Shown here in pieces: positions 16,998 to 26,849 of a DNA stretch of 44,578 nt; the stretch's first letter is position 1, and every line of letters begins with the position of its first letter. Both the position numbers and the translations under genes were made by a program. The stretch is from Gemmatimonadota bacterium (lineage in GTDB: Bacteria > Gemmatimonadota > Gemmatimonadetes > Gemmatimonadales > GWC2-71-9), in NCBI GenBank assembly GCA_022562295.1, contig JADFPO010000002.1, forward strand, positions 21,795-66,372. The letters run 5' to 3'. The notes under the pieces are model-generated. The model ran no database searches. It was not told where the DNA came from and saw only the letters and a list, made by a program, of their open reading frames with translations.

Positions 16998-19745
16998 ATG
17001 GAGCAACTGCCGAGACCTAGGATCTTCTTGATCGACGGGTACGCGGTCATCTATCGCGCGTTCTTCGCCATGATCGCCCGCCCCCTCACCACCGCACACG
17101 GAGAGAACACATCGGCTCCTTGGGGTGTTGCGAACTTCTTACTCCGCCTGCGCGACCGATACAAGCCGGAGTATGTCGTGTGGGTCAACGATGCGGGGTC
17201 GTCATTTCGCAAGGACAGGTATCCAGAGTATAAAGCCACCCGCGAAAAGCTGGACGACCAGTTGCAGGACGTGCTCGACCGTTCGATGGAGCGCATCGAT
17301 CAGCTGCTCGAGGCGTTCGAGATGTGCACCGTCGCAGTTCAGGGGTACGAAGCTGACGACGTGATCGGGACGCTGGTCGCCCAGGCCGAGACAGCCGGTG
17401 TGCACTCCGTCATTGTTTCGGGCGACAAGGATTTCTATCAACTCATCACACCAAACGTTTCCCTGCTGAATCCGGGTCGCGGCGGGCCCGCGGCCGTGCA
17501 GGAGGAGGTTGTGACGGTAGACAACGCAGCCGACCGGCTGGGGGTGCAGCCCGACAGGGTTGTCGACTACTTGGCGATGGTCGGAGATTCATCGGATAAC
17601 GTGCCGGGGGTGAAGGGAGTCGGCGCCAAGACGGCGGTGCAGCTGTTGGAGCAGTTTGGGGATCTCGACACGATCTTGCAGCGGGCGGATGAGGTGAAGG
17701 GCAAGCGGGCCCGCGAAGCGTTGCTGGCCGAGAGCGCTATGGCGCTGTTGAGCCGCGAGTTGGTCACGATTCTCCGTGACGTGCCGATCGATCTGGATCT
17801 GGATTCCATGCGCCTCGGTGCGGGCGACGCGGCCGCGATCCGATCTCTCTTCAACGAACTCGAATTCCACTCATTGGTCGATCGAGTCAGCGTCGAAGCA
17901 GAGCCGGTGGCTCTGCAGTTCAGTGTGGTCGGATCCCCCGCCGAACTCGACGACTTGGTCACAGCGTGTCGTGCGTCGCCGATTGTCGCGATCGGGACGT
18001 ACGGTCCGTTCGGTGACGCACGTGCGGCGGGTCTCGACGGAGTGGCCATTGCGGCAAGCGCCGACCGCGCGTGGTACATCCCGCTACAGCATCGGTTGCC
18101 CGACGGCGAACTCCTGAACGACGACCCACCGGCGAATCTTCCGCCGCTGTCGGACGATGCGATGCGTCCGATTACCCAACTGCTGGAAGATGTTGACGTG
18201 CGCAAAGCAGGACACGATCTGAAGAACGATTGGCTTCGGCTACGCACAGCTGGCGTCGAATTGCGCGGTGTCGTCTACGACACGATGATCGCGAGCTTCT
18301 TGCTCGATCCGGGAAAGCGCGGCCACGCGCTCGGTGGGATCGTGCTCGAGCACATCGGGACGCGGTTGCCGCCCTACGCAGGGATCGTGGGAAAGGGCAA
18401 GTCTCAGCGCCCGTTCGCGGAAGTCTCCGTCGAGCGAGCAAGCGAGTATGGCTGCTCCCACACAGCGGCGACGCTCGCGCTGCGCGATCACTTTGCCGCG
18501 CAGCTCGAGTCGGCCGGGCTGCATGAACTCCTCGTGAATGTGGAGATCCCGCTCATTGGCGTTCTGGTCGAGATGCAATGGAACGGCATCGCCCTCGATA
18601 CCGATCGGTTGGCCGCGATGTCAGGAGATTTTCGCGCCGAACTGCAGACCCTGGAGCAATCGATCTACAGTGCGGCGGGCACGGAATTCAACATCAACAG
18701 CACGCCTCAGGTCAGACACGTCCTGTTCGAAAAGCTGCAGCTGCCGGTTATCAAACGCACCAAGACCGGACCGTCCACCGATGCGGACGTGTTGGTACAG
18801 TTGGCCTCCTCAGGGTTCGATGTTCCGAAGTTGCTGCTTCAATACCGGGAGTTAGCCAAGCTACGTTCGACATATGTCGACGCGTTGCCACGCAGCGTGA
18901 ATCCCAACACTCGGCGAGTGCACACCAGTTTTCACCAAACGGGTGCTGCAACGGGCAGGCTCTCGTCGTCCGACCCTAATCTCCAAAACATTCCGGTGCG
19001 TACGCAGCGCGGTGGTGAGATCAGGCGCTGCTTCGTCCCCCAAGCCGGGTGGCAATTCGTCACGGCTGATTATTCGCAGATCGAATTGCGCGTGCTCGCA
19101 CACCTGTCCGACGACGCCGCGTTCATCGACGCGTTTGAGCGCGGTGGCGATGTGCATCGTGAAACGGCGGCGCTCATTTTCGACGTTGCCGCCGCCGACG
19201 TGACGCCCGAGATGCGTAGCCGCGCGAAGACGATCAACTTCGCGACCATCTACGGGCAGGGGCCTTTCGCCTTGGCACGCCAACTTGCGGTCAGCCAGGA
19301 GGAAGCCAAGGACTTCATCACACGCTATTTCGAGCGCTTCTCCGGCGTGCGTGCGTATTTGGATGCGACCGTGGAGAAGGCCCGTGAGGTCGGGTTTGTT
19401 GAGACTTTGTTTGGGCGGCGGCGCTACATTCCGGAGTTGAAAGAAAGGAACTTCAACATTCGGTCGTTCGGGGAGCGGACGGCGATGAATTCGCCGATAC
19501 AGGGCTCGGCGGCCGATCTCATCAAGATAGCCATGATCAAGGTAGATAACGCCCTGAGGCAAGCGGATACCGGCGCCGTGATCTTGCTCCAGGTGCATGA
19601 CGAGCTGGTGCTGGAGGCTCCGGAGGCGAACGTGGACGCGGTAAAAGAGATCGTGCGTGACGAAATGTCCTCTGCGGCGCAGCTCAAAGTGCCACTCGTC
19701 GTGGATGTTGGCGCGGGTCCGAACTGGCTGGACGCCAAACGATGA
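16998..19745 (+). CDS. polA: DNA polymerase I
   Basis: 5'-3' exonuclease (LIDG, YEADD, GDKD, GDSSDN). Polymerase motifs TGRLSSSDPNLQNIP, DYSQIELR, AKTINF..IYG, LQVHDE. Confidence 0.98.
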   Translation: MEQLPRPRIFLIDGYAVIYRAFFAMIARPLTTAHGENTSAPWGVANFLLRLRDRYKPEYVVWVNDAGSSFRKDRYPEYKATREKLDDQLQDVLDRSMERIDQLLEAFEMCTVAVQGYEADDVIGTLVAQAETAGVHSVIVSGDKDFYQLITPNVSLLNPGRGGPAAVQEEVVTVDNAADRLGVQPDRVVDYLAMVGDSSDNVPGVKGVGAKTAVQLLEQFGDLDTILQRADEVKGKRAREALLAESAMALLSRELVTILRDVPIDLDLDSMRLGAGDAAAIRSLFNELEFHSLVDRVSVEAEPVALQFSVVGSPAELDDLVTACRASPIVAIGTYGPFGDARAAGLDGVAIAASADRAWYIPLQHRLPDGELLNDDPPANLPPLSDDAMRPITQLLEDVDVRKAGHDLKNDWLRLRTAGVELRGVVYDTMIASFLLDPGKRGHALGGIVLEHIGTRLPPYAGIVGKGKSQRPFAEVSVERASEYGCSHTAATLALRDHFAAQLESAGLHELLVNVEIPLIGVLVEMQWNGIALDTDRLAAMSGDFRAELQTLEQSIYSAAGTEFNINSTPQVRHVLFEKLQLPVIKRTKTGPSTDADVLVQLASSGFDVPKLLLQYRELAKLRSTYVDALPRSVNPNTRRVHTSFHQTGAATGRLSSSDPNLQNIPVRTQRGGEIRRCFVPQAGWQFVTADYSQIELRVLAHLSDDAAFIDAFERGGDVHRETAALIFDVAAADVTPEMRSRAKTINFATIYGQGPFALARQLAVSQEEAKDFITRYFERFSGVRAYLDATVEKAREVGFVETLFGRRRYIPELKERNFNIRSFGERTAMNSPIQGSAADLIKIAMIKVDNALRQADTGAVILLQVHDELVLEAPEANVDAVKEIVRDEMSSAAQLKVPLVVDVGAGPNWLDAKR

Positions 19746-20131
19746 GCGTGAAATCTCGTTTGCTTGATCTCACCCCACTGGAGACGGCGGTGATCGTCGT
19801 CGGCGTCGCGTTGCTCTTTGCCGTCTCGATGCCGCTTCGTAGCATCCTCAGGAACCGTAGATACGCGGACGAACTGAGCGTTTACCTGACGGCGGTCGCG
19901 ACGCAGCAGGAATCCTATCTCTACGACCACGCGGCATACGCCGGTACGCATGGTCAGCTGGTGGCTCTCATTGCGAACCCGAACCTCACCGTGACGGTCC
20001 AAGAGGCGACATCAACAGGTTGGTCGGCCATCGCGGCTCATCGGTCGGCGCCGGTGCAATGCAGCCTCTTCGTTGGGAACGCTGCGCCCGTGGGAGCGGC
20101 GACAGACGAAGGAGATATCGAGTGTGGCTGA
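19742..20131 (+). CDS. Type IV pilin-like protein with degenerate prepilin signal
   Basis: N-terminal hydrophobic helix ending in P, 'QESY......Y' segment, C-terminal Cys pair. ATGA overlap with polA. Confidence 0.6.
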   Translation: MSVKSRLLDLTPLETAVIVVGVALLFAVSMPLRSILRNRRYADELSVYLTAVATQQESYLYDHAAYAGTHGQLVALIANPNLTVTVQEATSTGWSAIAAHRSAPVQCSLFVGNAAPVGAATDEGDIECG

Positions 20132-20456
20132 TTCGAGGCCTCTCGAGTTCGCGATGCGCCGTGAGGGGATGGAGCACGCGCTCGACGGTGGATTGTGGTT
20201 CCACCGCCACCTGCACAGTGGCGAGCCGATGGCTCACATCGTGTCTTCAGACAAGCAACTCCTGCTGCGGGTGGGGCGGGTGCTTGGTATGCGGCCCCAG
20301 TGGTTGCAATACAAACCCCTGAAGCAGCCGCGAAGCGGCCGGCGTGTGCCGGCGTGGCACTGGGATCTCCGGGGGCTGTATCTGGCTGCGGGATTGGAGC
20401 TGGTGGGCGCCGAAGTTGAAACGGGTGATGAGGTGGGTGTGGGTCCGCCGTCCTAG
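20124..20456 (+). CDS. DUF4031-like small protein
   Basis: MAHIVS.D...L......LG....W.Q...HWDL pattern resembles DUF4031. GTG start overlaps the upstream gene. Confidence 0.55.
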   Translation: MADSRPLEFAMRREGMEHALDGGLWFHRHLHSGEPMAHIVSSDKQLLLRVGRVLGMRPQWLQYKPLKQPRSGRRVPAWHWDLRGLYLAAGLELVGAEVETGDEVGVGPPS

Positions 20457-22717
20457 ACCGGTCCCTCGGGCTCAGCCGGGATGCGAACACCGGGCCACCA
20501 GTTCCACCGACCGGCAATGTGCATGAAAGCCGGCACCAGCACCATCCGAATCAGCGTGGCGTCCAGCAGCACGGCGACCGCCAATCCGAACCCCATCATC
20601 TTCGCGGCCAAGACGCGAGAAAAGGCAAACGTACCGAACACGATGATCATGATGGCCGCGGCGCTGGTGATCACCGACGCCGTGACACTCAGGCCCTCCA
20701 TGGTCGCCAAGTCGTTCTTGTGGGTTCGGTCGAACGCTTCTTTCATGCGTGACAACAGGAACACCTCGTAGTCCATGCTGAGCCCGAATGCCACGGCGAA
20801 CACCAGCACCGGGATCACGACGTGAATCGCCTGCGTTGGTCCCTCCAGCCCCAGGATCCCGCTGCCGATCCCGTCTTGGAACACGAGCACGAGCATGCCA
20901 AAAGCCCCCAATACCGAGAGGGAGTTCATCACCACGGCCTTCAGCGGCACCAGGACCGACCGAAACGCCACCAACAGCATCGCCGCCGTAATCGCCAAGA
21001 CCAAACCGATCACGGTGGGGAATCTTTTCAACAGGTCTTCCTGGAGGTCGAGACTGGCCGCAGCAAATCCGCCCACGTGAATCTCCACCAAATCCAGACC
21101 GCGCAAATCGCCTGCCGCCATTTCTCGAACCCGCTTGACTACCTCCATCGCACCGGGAAGGGACGTCGTATCGGCCAACGTTACGTCCATAAGCGTGGTT
21201 CGGCCGTCCGGGGCGATGTACGATTGGAAGAATTCCGGATAACGGTCGCGGGCCCGTTCGAGGTTGCCGTACAGGCTCAAAAGCCCGAGCCGGGACATGC
21301 CAGTGCCGAGATTCACCGGACCGCGCACACTCGAGATCCGGGGCTCTGCCAGCAAGGAGTTGGAGAAACGGATGAGCCCACCGATATAGCGCGAGCTGAC
21401 GATGCGCTGTCCCTCGGGTGCCCGGAACGTGATTTGCACCGGCAGTAATGCTCCTCGCGAGCCGGTGCGCTCGATGACGGTTGCCCCGATGCTCGATTCC
21501 GTACCGGAGGGGAACCATCCGCTGGTTGGAAGGCCGATCTCAATGTGCAGCAGAGGCCATGTCAGGAGCCCGGTGATGGCCAGCCCGATTACCAATGCCC
21601 GTCCTGGGTGGTGCGACAACCACCGGGCCCAACGCTCCCACGCCGTTGGTCTGTGATACCATGCGAGCCGGCGCGCGAGCCAATGGGGCCAATCGATCGA
21701 CCTTCCCGCGATCGCGAGTACCGCCGGCAGCAGCGTGACGGAGAGAAGCACCGCTGCGGTCACGACGAGCATACCTCCGATGCCCACCGATCTCGTCTCG
21801 ATGAGCGGTGTGAGCAGTAGCGAAGCAAAGCCGACGATGACGGTGAGCCCACTCGTGATTACTGCACGCCCCGCCGTGAGTAAGGTCCGCACCGCGGATT
21901 CCTTGGGCCCCATGCCACGGTTCATCTCTTCGCGGAACCGGGTCACGATCAGCAGCGAGTAGTCGATCCCCACCGCCAGGCCGACCATCGTCACGATCGT
22001 GAGGACGAATATCGACATCCCATGAAATGCCGCGGCCACATACACGGCCGCTAAGGCGCAGGAAATGGCGAACATGCCGATGATGATCGGAAGCACGGCC
22101 GCCGCCAGCGCCCCAAAGGCGAGCACCAGCACGATGCCGGCGGGAATCAACGATCGTCGCTCTCCCCGTCTGGCATCCTCGGCGGTAACGGCGCGGCTGT
22201 CGAAGTCGAGAGCCGGCCCTCCCGTCACCAGAATCTCGTATTCCTCTGCCCCGGGAGTCCGGGCTGCGCGCCGATTCATGGCGTCCCGCAACCACGGGGT
22301 CACTTGGCCTGCGTTCGTGGCATACGGCTCGGCAACCGTTGCGATGAAGAACGTGGTCATGCGGTCGTCGCTGACGAACCCGGGGTCGGGCCGGGTGAGA
22401 TAAGATACGACTTGATCGATGTAGGGTTCCTGGAGGGCTGCGGCGGAAAGATTTTCGAGCACCAGGTGGTAAGCTTGGCTGTCTATCGGGACGGGTCCCG
22501 TCACCACAACCGCCATAAAGCTCACGATTGGCCGCTCGAAGCTTTCCAGAATGATGTCTCTTGTGAGTTGCGCCTCGGTGGAACGGAGTGATTGGCCTCC
22601 CGTTTCGAGCACGTCGGTTACCCGTGCCGCTCTCGGGATGGCGAGGGCGGCGACGATCAACCAAAACGCGATGATGTAGTACCGGAAACGAACGACGGCG
22701 CGCGAGAGCGCTGTCAA
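20453..22717 (-). CDS. MMPL family (RND superfamily) transporter
   Basis: Two TM repeats with GLAVGIDYSL..V.RFREE and FGLSMDYEVFLLSR, D..L.RM.LVPA, G..NWW.P. Confidence 0.95.
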   Translation of the reverse strand: MTALSRAVVRFRYYIIAFWLIVAALAIPRAARVTDVLETGGQSLRSTEAQLTRDIILESFERPIVSFMAVVVTGPVPIDSQAYHLVLENLSAAALQEPYIDQVVSYLTRPDPGFVSDDRMTTFFIATVAEPYATNAGQVTPWLRDAMNRRAARTPGAEEYEILVTGGPALDFDSRAVTAEDARRGERRSLIPAGIVLVLAFGALAAAVLPIIIGMFAISCALAAVYVAAAFHGMSIFVLTIVTMVGLAVGIDYSLLIVTRFREEMNRGMGPKESAVRTLLTAGRAVITSGLTVIVGFASLLLTPLIETRSVGIGGMLVVTAAVLLSVTLLPAVLAIAGRSIDWPHWLARRLAWYHRPTAWERWARWLSHHPGRALVIGLAITGLLTWPLLHIEIGLPTSGWFPSGTESSIGATVIERTGSRGALLPVQITFRAPEGQRIVSSRYIGGLIRFSNSLLAEPRISSVRGPVNLGTGMSRLGLLSLYGNLERARDRYPEFFQSYIAPDGRTTLMDVTLADTTSLPGAMEVVKRVREMAAGDLRGLDLVEIHVGGFAAASLDLQEDLLKRFPTVIGLVLAITAAMLLVAFRSVLVPLKAVVMNSLSVLGAFGMLVLVFQDGIGSGILGLEGPTQAIHVVIPVLVFAVAFGLSMDYEVFLLSRMKEAFDRTHKNDLATMEGLSVTASVITSAAAIMIIVFGTFAFSRVLAAKMMGFGLAVAVLLDATLIRMVLVPAFMHIAGRWNWWPGVRIPAEPEGPV

Positions 22718-22880
22718 GCTCCAACCTCCAAAGTGCCGGGTGTGATGACCGAGCCGCGTCGGGCGTTCGTGATGGGAACGAGAGCCGAGACGGCAAAAAG
22801 CTCAGAATCATAGGCGCGACCGCTCTCTCGCGCTACCCAAAGGCTGGCGCCAATCGAGGGCGTCGTGAAATATTTGCCCG

Positions 22881-23621
22881 ATGCGGCGCGTTCTGATGTT
22901 GGCGTTTTTCGTTGCCGGGGCCACGTTGGCGTTCAACCTCGGCCGCCGAGTGCCGGGGCAACCGGCGTCGGACGAGGCGGCACCCCCGGCAGGCGTGGAT
23001 TTGGGTGGCAGCGTGGAGCCATCAGACTCCGCAGCGAACGCCGCGCGCGAGGCCCGGCTGCGCCGCATAGCCCAGAGCAACACATACATGGCGGCGACGC
23101 TAACCGAGGCCGACTCAATAGTGCGGCGCTGGGTGGACCGAGAGGGCCGACCGTTACGCGTCTATTACGAGCCGACCACGGTTTCTGGCGTCACGCCGGC
23201 CCTGGGCAGGGCGGTTCGCGATGCGTTTGCCCGGTGGAGTCGAGTTGGTGGAATCTCCATCGACTTCGTCGTGGTGCGCGCGCCCGAGGAAGCCGAAGTA
23301 GTGGTTCGGTGGATCGACAGGTTCGGGATGCGGCGGGCGGGTCAGGCCGATCTGGTGTGGCGGAGTGACGGAGTGCTGCAACGAGGCACGCTCACGTTGG
23401 CAACGTTGGGCCCGGCCGGACGCCCGCTCACGGTCAAAGAGGTGTCCACGGTCGCGTTGCACGAGATCGGCCATTTGATCGGACTGGGGCACTCCGATGA
23501 ACCACGCGACGTCATGTATCCCACTACCTCGGTCCACGATCTCACAACTCGCGATCGGCGTACGGCGATGTTGCTTTATTCGTTGCCCATCGGTTCGCTG
23601 AAGGCGCCGGCCGGTCGCTGA
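22881..23621 (+). CDS. Matrixin-family (M10-like) zinc metalloprotease
   Basis: HEIGHLIGLGH plus Met-turn DVMYP. N-terminal hydrophobic anchor. Confidence 0.9.
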   Translation: MRRVLMLAFFVAGATLAFNLGRRVPGQPASDEAAPPAGVDLGGSVEPSDSAANAAREARLRRIAQSNTYMAATLTEADSIVRRWVDREGRPLRVYYEPTTVSGVTPALGRAVRDAFARWSRVGGISIDFVVVRAPEEAEVVVRWIDRFGMRRAGQADLVWRSDGVLQRGTLTLATLGPAGRPLTVKEVSTVALHEIGHLIGLGHSDEPRDVMYPTTSVHDLTTRDRRTAMLLYSLPIGSLKAPAGR

Positions 23622-23780
23622 GCCAGTCCCACTCGCACCAATATTGCAGCGGGCATGCGAGTCAATCCCGGCCCTCGCGCGAGCGCCCGCTACTTCCCTA
23701 AGCCCGCCGTTCGCTTTCACGGCGTCGAGGGCCCGACTAAGATTCAAGAGTTATGGGACGAGCATGCAGGTGATTCGGCA

Positions 23781-24923
23781 ATGAACCTGACGGTTGTCCT
23801 CGCGGTGCTCGCGCAGGTGCACCCCGTGGCCGAGATTGACGCCACCATTCGGGACGGGATTCGGGAGGGAGTGTACCCCGGGGCGGTCATTGTGGTCGGC
23901 ACGGGAGATTCCGTGTTGTTCGAGCGGGGGTATGGGCACCTGACATGGTCGGCGGAGACGGCCGTACCCTCTCCGAACAGGACCCTCTACGACTTGGCGT
24001 CGCTCACGAAGGTCGTGGCGACGACGCCGGCGGCGATGCTACTAGTGGATCGAGGCTCCCTCGATCTCGATGCGCCGGTTCAAGACCTTCTACCCGAGTT
24101 CTCCGGTGATGGCAAAGAGACCGTGACCGTGAGAGACCTGCTCGGCCATACGTCGGGCTTGAGGGCGTTCCTACCTCTCCATACGCTGACCGAAACCCTC
24201 GAGGAGGCCCGCGCGCGCGTGATGTCCGAACCGCTGCGATGGCCGAGGGGCAGCCGCGTCCAGTACAGCGACCTCAACGCGATGTTGTTGGGTTGGGCCG
24301 TGGAGGCTGCGGCGGGGGAGCCGCTTGACGAGTTCGTGAGAAGCAATCTTTTCGAACAGCTTGGGATGATGGAGACCCGATTCAATCTGCCGCCATCGCT
24401 CCGCCCTCGAGCGGCTCCAATCAACGTTTGGCGGGGCCACGTGATTCAGGGAGTCATCCACGATCAAAATGCGGCCCGTCTGAATGGAGTTGCCGGACAC
24501 GCCGGTCTCTACAGCACCGGGTCGGATCTGGCGCGTTACGCGCAGTGGTACCTCACAAAAGGCGTAACCGGCAGCGGTTTGGCGCTGGTACGGCCAGCCA
24601 CGATGGATCTTTTTACCGCTGACGGTCGCGGCGGACGCGCCCTGGGATGGGAGATACGCGATACGACGAGTACCGACAACTCAGGTGCGCTTCTATCGCC
24701 TGAGGCTTTCGGACATGGCGGGTTTACGGGAACGTCGATTTGGATCGATCCCACGACGGATCTATTCGTCGTCTTGCTGACGAATCGCGTCTATGCACCT
24801 CGCGCCGCGCGATCGATTGCCCGGCTCAAAGCCACGCGGGGAAAGCTCGCCGACGCCGCCGTGCGATTGAAAGAGCATTCGTGCCGGCTGCTGGCTGGGA
24901 TTGGGAGGAGTGGCTCTTGCTGA
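23781..24923 (+). CDS. Serine hydrolase, class C beta-lactamase/PBP-like
   Basis: DLASLTK (SxxK), LL.HTSG, YSD, G..HD.NA, GHAGL, GH.GFTG. Start set at ATG 23781. Confidence 0.9.
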   Translation: MNLTVVLAVLAQVHPVAEIDATIRDGIREGVYPGAVIVVGTGDSVLFERGYGHLTWSAETAVPSPNRTLYDLASLTKVVATTPAAMLLVDRGSLDLDAPVQDLLPEFSGDGKETVTVRDLLGHTSGLRAFLPLHTLTETLEEARARVMSEPLRWPRGSRVQYSDLNAMLLGWAVEAAAGEPLDEFVRSNLFEQLGMMETRFNLPPSLRPRAAPINVWRGHVIQGVIHDQNAARLNGVAGHAGLYSTGSDLARYAQWYLTKGVTGSGLALVRPATMDLFTADGRGGRALGWEIRDTTSTDNSGALLSPEAFGHGGFTGTSIWIDPTTDLFVVLLTNRVYAPRAARSIARLKATRGKLADAAVRLKEHSCRLLAGIGRSGSC

Positions 24924-25327
24924 CGACCGCCCCCAGATCGGATTCCGTGCTGATCTACGACGACCACTGCCCGTTTTGTCGCAGGTGGGTGGCTCGATTC
25001 GAGCGGTGGAACCGGCACCAAACGGTGAGAGCCATACCGCTGCATGACGCATGGGCTGGCACCGTGTCGGGGAAAACGCGGGCCGAACTCGAACGGGCGA
25101 TGCATTTCGTGGCGGCCGACGGGAGGGTGTTCGCGGGCGCCGGCGCGGTGCAAGAGCTGCTGCGATTCGTGCCATGGGGATGGTTGCCTCGAGCCGCGTT
25201 TAGCCTACCCGGCGCCATGTCGGTCGCCGAACGAATCTATGGTTTGGTGGCGGCCCGTCGCTCGCGGATCGGATGTGGGGGGAAGCACTGTGAGACGGGA
25301 ATGGCACAGTCGGCTGAGCACGGCTAA
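24917..25327 (+). CDS. DCC1-like (DUF393) thiol-disulfide oxidoreductase family protein
   Basis: LIYDDHCPFC (DxxCxxC) and Y..VA..R motifs. Start uncertain (TTG 24917). Confidence 0.85.
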   Translation: MLTTAPRSDSVLIYDDHCPFCRRWVARFERWNRHQTVRAIPLHDAWAGTVSGKTRAELERAMHFVAADGRVFAGAGAVQELLRFVPWGWLPRAAFSLPGAMSVAERIYGLVAARRSRIGCGGKHCETGMAQSAEHG

Positions 25328-25355
25328 GTTTGGACCGACACCAGCGGAGTGGTTC

Positions 25356-25652
25356 ATGGTCGATGCAGAGGCAGTACGAAAGGTCTTACGACAGGTGAAA
25401 GACCCCGAAGTCGGGCTCAACATCATCGATCTCGGTTTGGTATATGACGTAGAGGTCGAGGAGGGCGAAGTCCACATCAAGATGACCCTGACCTCGCCGG
25501 GGTGTCCGGTTGGTCCGGAGATCTTGGCGGAGGTCGATCAGGTCAGCCGCATGCTCGACGGCGTGACGGGCGTGGATGTCGAACTGGTGTGGGAGCCCTT
25601 TTGGACGCCGGAGCGTATCAACCCCAAGGTGAGGTCGTTTCTCGGTCACTGA
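25356..25652 (+). CDS. DUF59/SufT-like Fe-S cluster assembly factor
   Basis: V.DPE...NI.DLGLVY, MTLTSPGCP, VWEP.W motifs. Confidence 0.92.
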   Translation: MVDAEAVRKVLRQVKDPEVGLNIIDLGLVYDVEVEEGEVHIKMTLTSPGCPVGPEILAEVDQVSRMLDGVTGVDVELVWEPFWTPERINPKVRSFLGH

Positions 25653-25670
25653 TGTGAATTCGGGCGAGGT

Positions 25671-26849
25671 CTAGCGCTTGGCTGCGCCGTCCGATTTTCC
25701 GTTCAACAATTCGATGATTTGCGGGACGCCCATCGCGTCGACCTGCCATCGCTTGGTGTCGTCGATCTTGCGGAGTTCTGTTGCGGTGGTCGGCGCGGCG
25801 CGGACGATGGCTTGGAGCGTGGCGTTTGGACACAGCACGCCGATCTCGATTCCCAACTCCTGGGCTCGGCGCCGTCGCAGCGCCTTGAGCCGATCCAATC
25901 GTTCCATCGCCGGTCGATTCATCTTGGGCCTCGGCGGTTTTTCCAATCTCGGGTAATCCTTCGCCGGCGTGCGGAGGCCCGCCCGTACCGCCTTCAGTAA
26001 CTCGGTGCCGTAGCGCTGCACCGACGCCGCGGGCAGGCCGCTCAACCCCTGGAGGTCGGCCTCCGTCTTGGGTGCCGCGCGGGCTAGCACCGAAAGAGAT
26101 TCGTTTCCCAAGATCCTGAAGGGAGCGCGGTCGAGACGCGCGGCGCGCTTTTCACGCCATTCGTACACCGCCCGCAGCACGGCGAGCGATTTGGGAGGGA
26201 GCGACTTTGCTCCCTTCAGCCTCAGAAACCCGTTTCCATTGGCTGAGTGCGGAGACCACCGAATCGACTCCAATCGTTTGAACTCTTCATCCGCCCACGA
26301 GAGCCGATCGTGGGCTTCGAGCTGCCGGCGCAGCTCGTTCCGGAGGGACAACAAATAGGCAGTGTCGGTCGCCGCATACGAGATCATTTCGGGCGTCAGG
26401 GGGCGCTGCGACCAATCGGCGCGCTGGTACTTCTTGTTGACGCGGACGCCGAAATATTTTTCTAGCAACGGTCCTAGCCCGATGGCGGGTTCCCCCAACA
26501 ACTGCGCCGCGATTCTCGTGTCGAAAAGCCGCTTGCCACGGAATCCATAGTCCCGATCCAGCACCCGCAGATCGTAATCGGCATCATGAAAAACGACCTC
26601 GACCGATGAATCAGCGAGTAGCCGACCAAGTGGTTTGAGATTCTTGATCGACAGTGGATCGATGATTGCCGTCTCGGAGTCCGAGCTAAGCTGGAGAAGA
26701 TAGATTCGGTCGACGTAACGATGGAACGACGCCGCCTCGGTGTCCAAGGCGACGCAACTTTGCTTCCGCAGTTTCCCGACGAATGACTGCAACGCGTCGT
26801 CGTCGGCTAACAGAACGGGTGGGCTTGGTGCTGCAGTTCGCCGCGCCAT
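25671..26849 (-). CDS. rnd: Ribonuclease D
   Basis: DEDDy motifs ALDTE, H.ADYD, FDT.IAA, DWS.RPL, YAA.D, followed by HRDC domains. Start uncertain. Confidence 0.92.
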   Translation of the reverse strand: MARRTAAPSPPVLLADDDALQSFVGKLRKQSCVALDTEAASFHRYVDRIYLLQLSSDSETAIIDPLSIKNLKPLGRLLADSSVEVVFHDADYDLRVLDRDYGFRGKRLFDTRIAAQLLGEPAIGLGPLLEKYFGVRVNKKYQRADWSQRPLTPEMISYAATDTAYLLSLRNELRRQLEAHDRLSWADEEFKRLESIRWSPHSANGNGFLRLKGAKSLPPKSLAVLRAVYEWREKRAARLDRAPFRILGNESLSVLARAAPKTEADLQGLSGLPAASVQRYGTELLKAVRAGLRTPAKDYPRLEKPPRPKMNRPAMERLDRLKALRRRRAQELGIEIGVLCPNATLQAIVRAAPTTATELRKIDDTKRWQVDAMGVPQIIELLNGKSDGAAKR

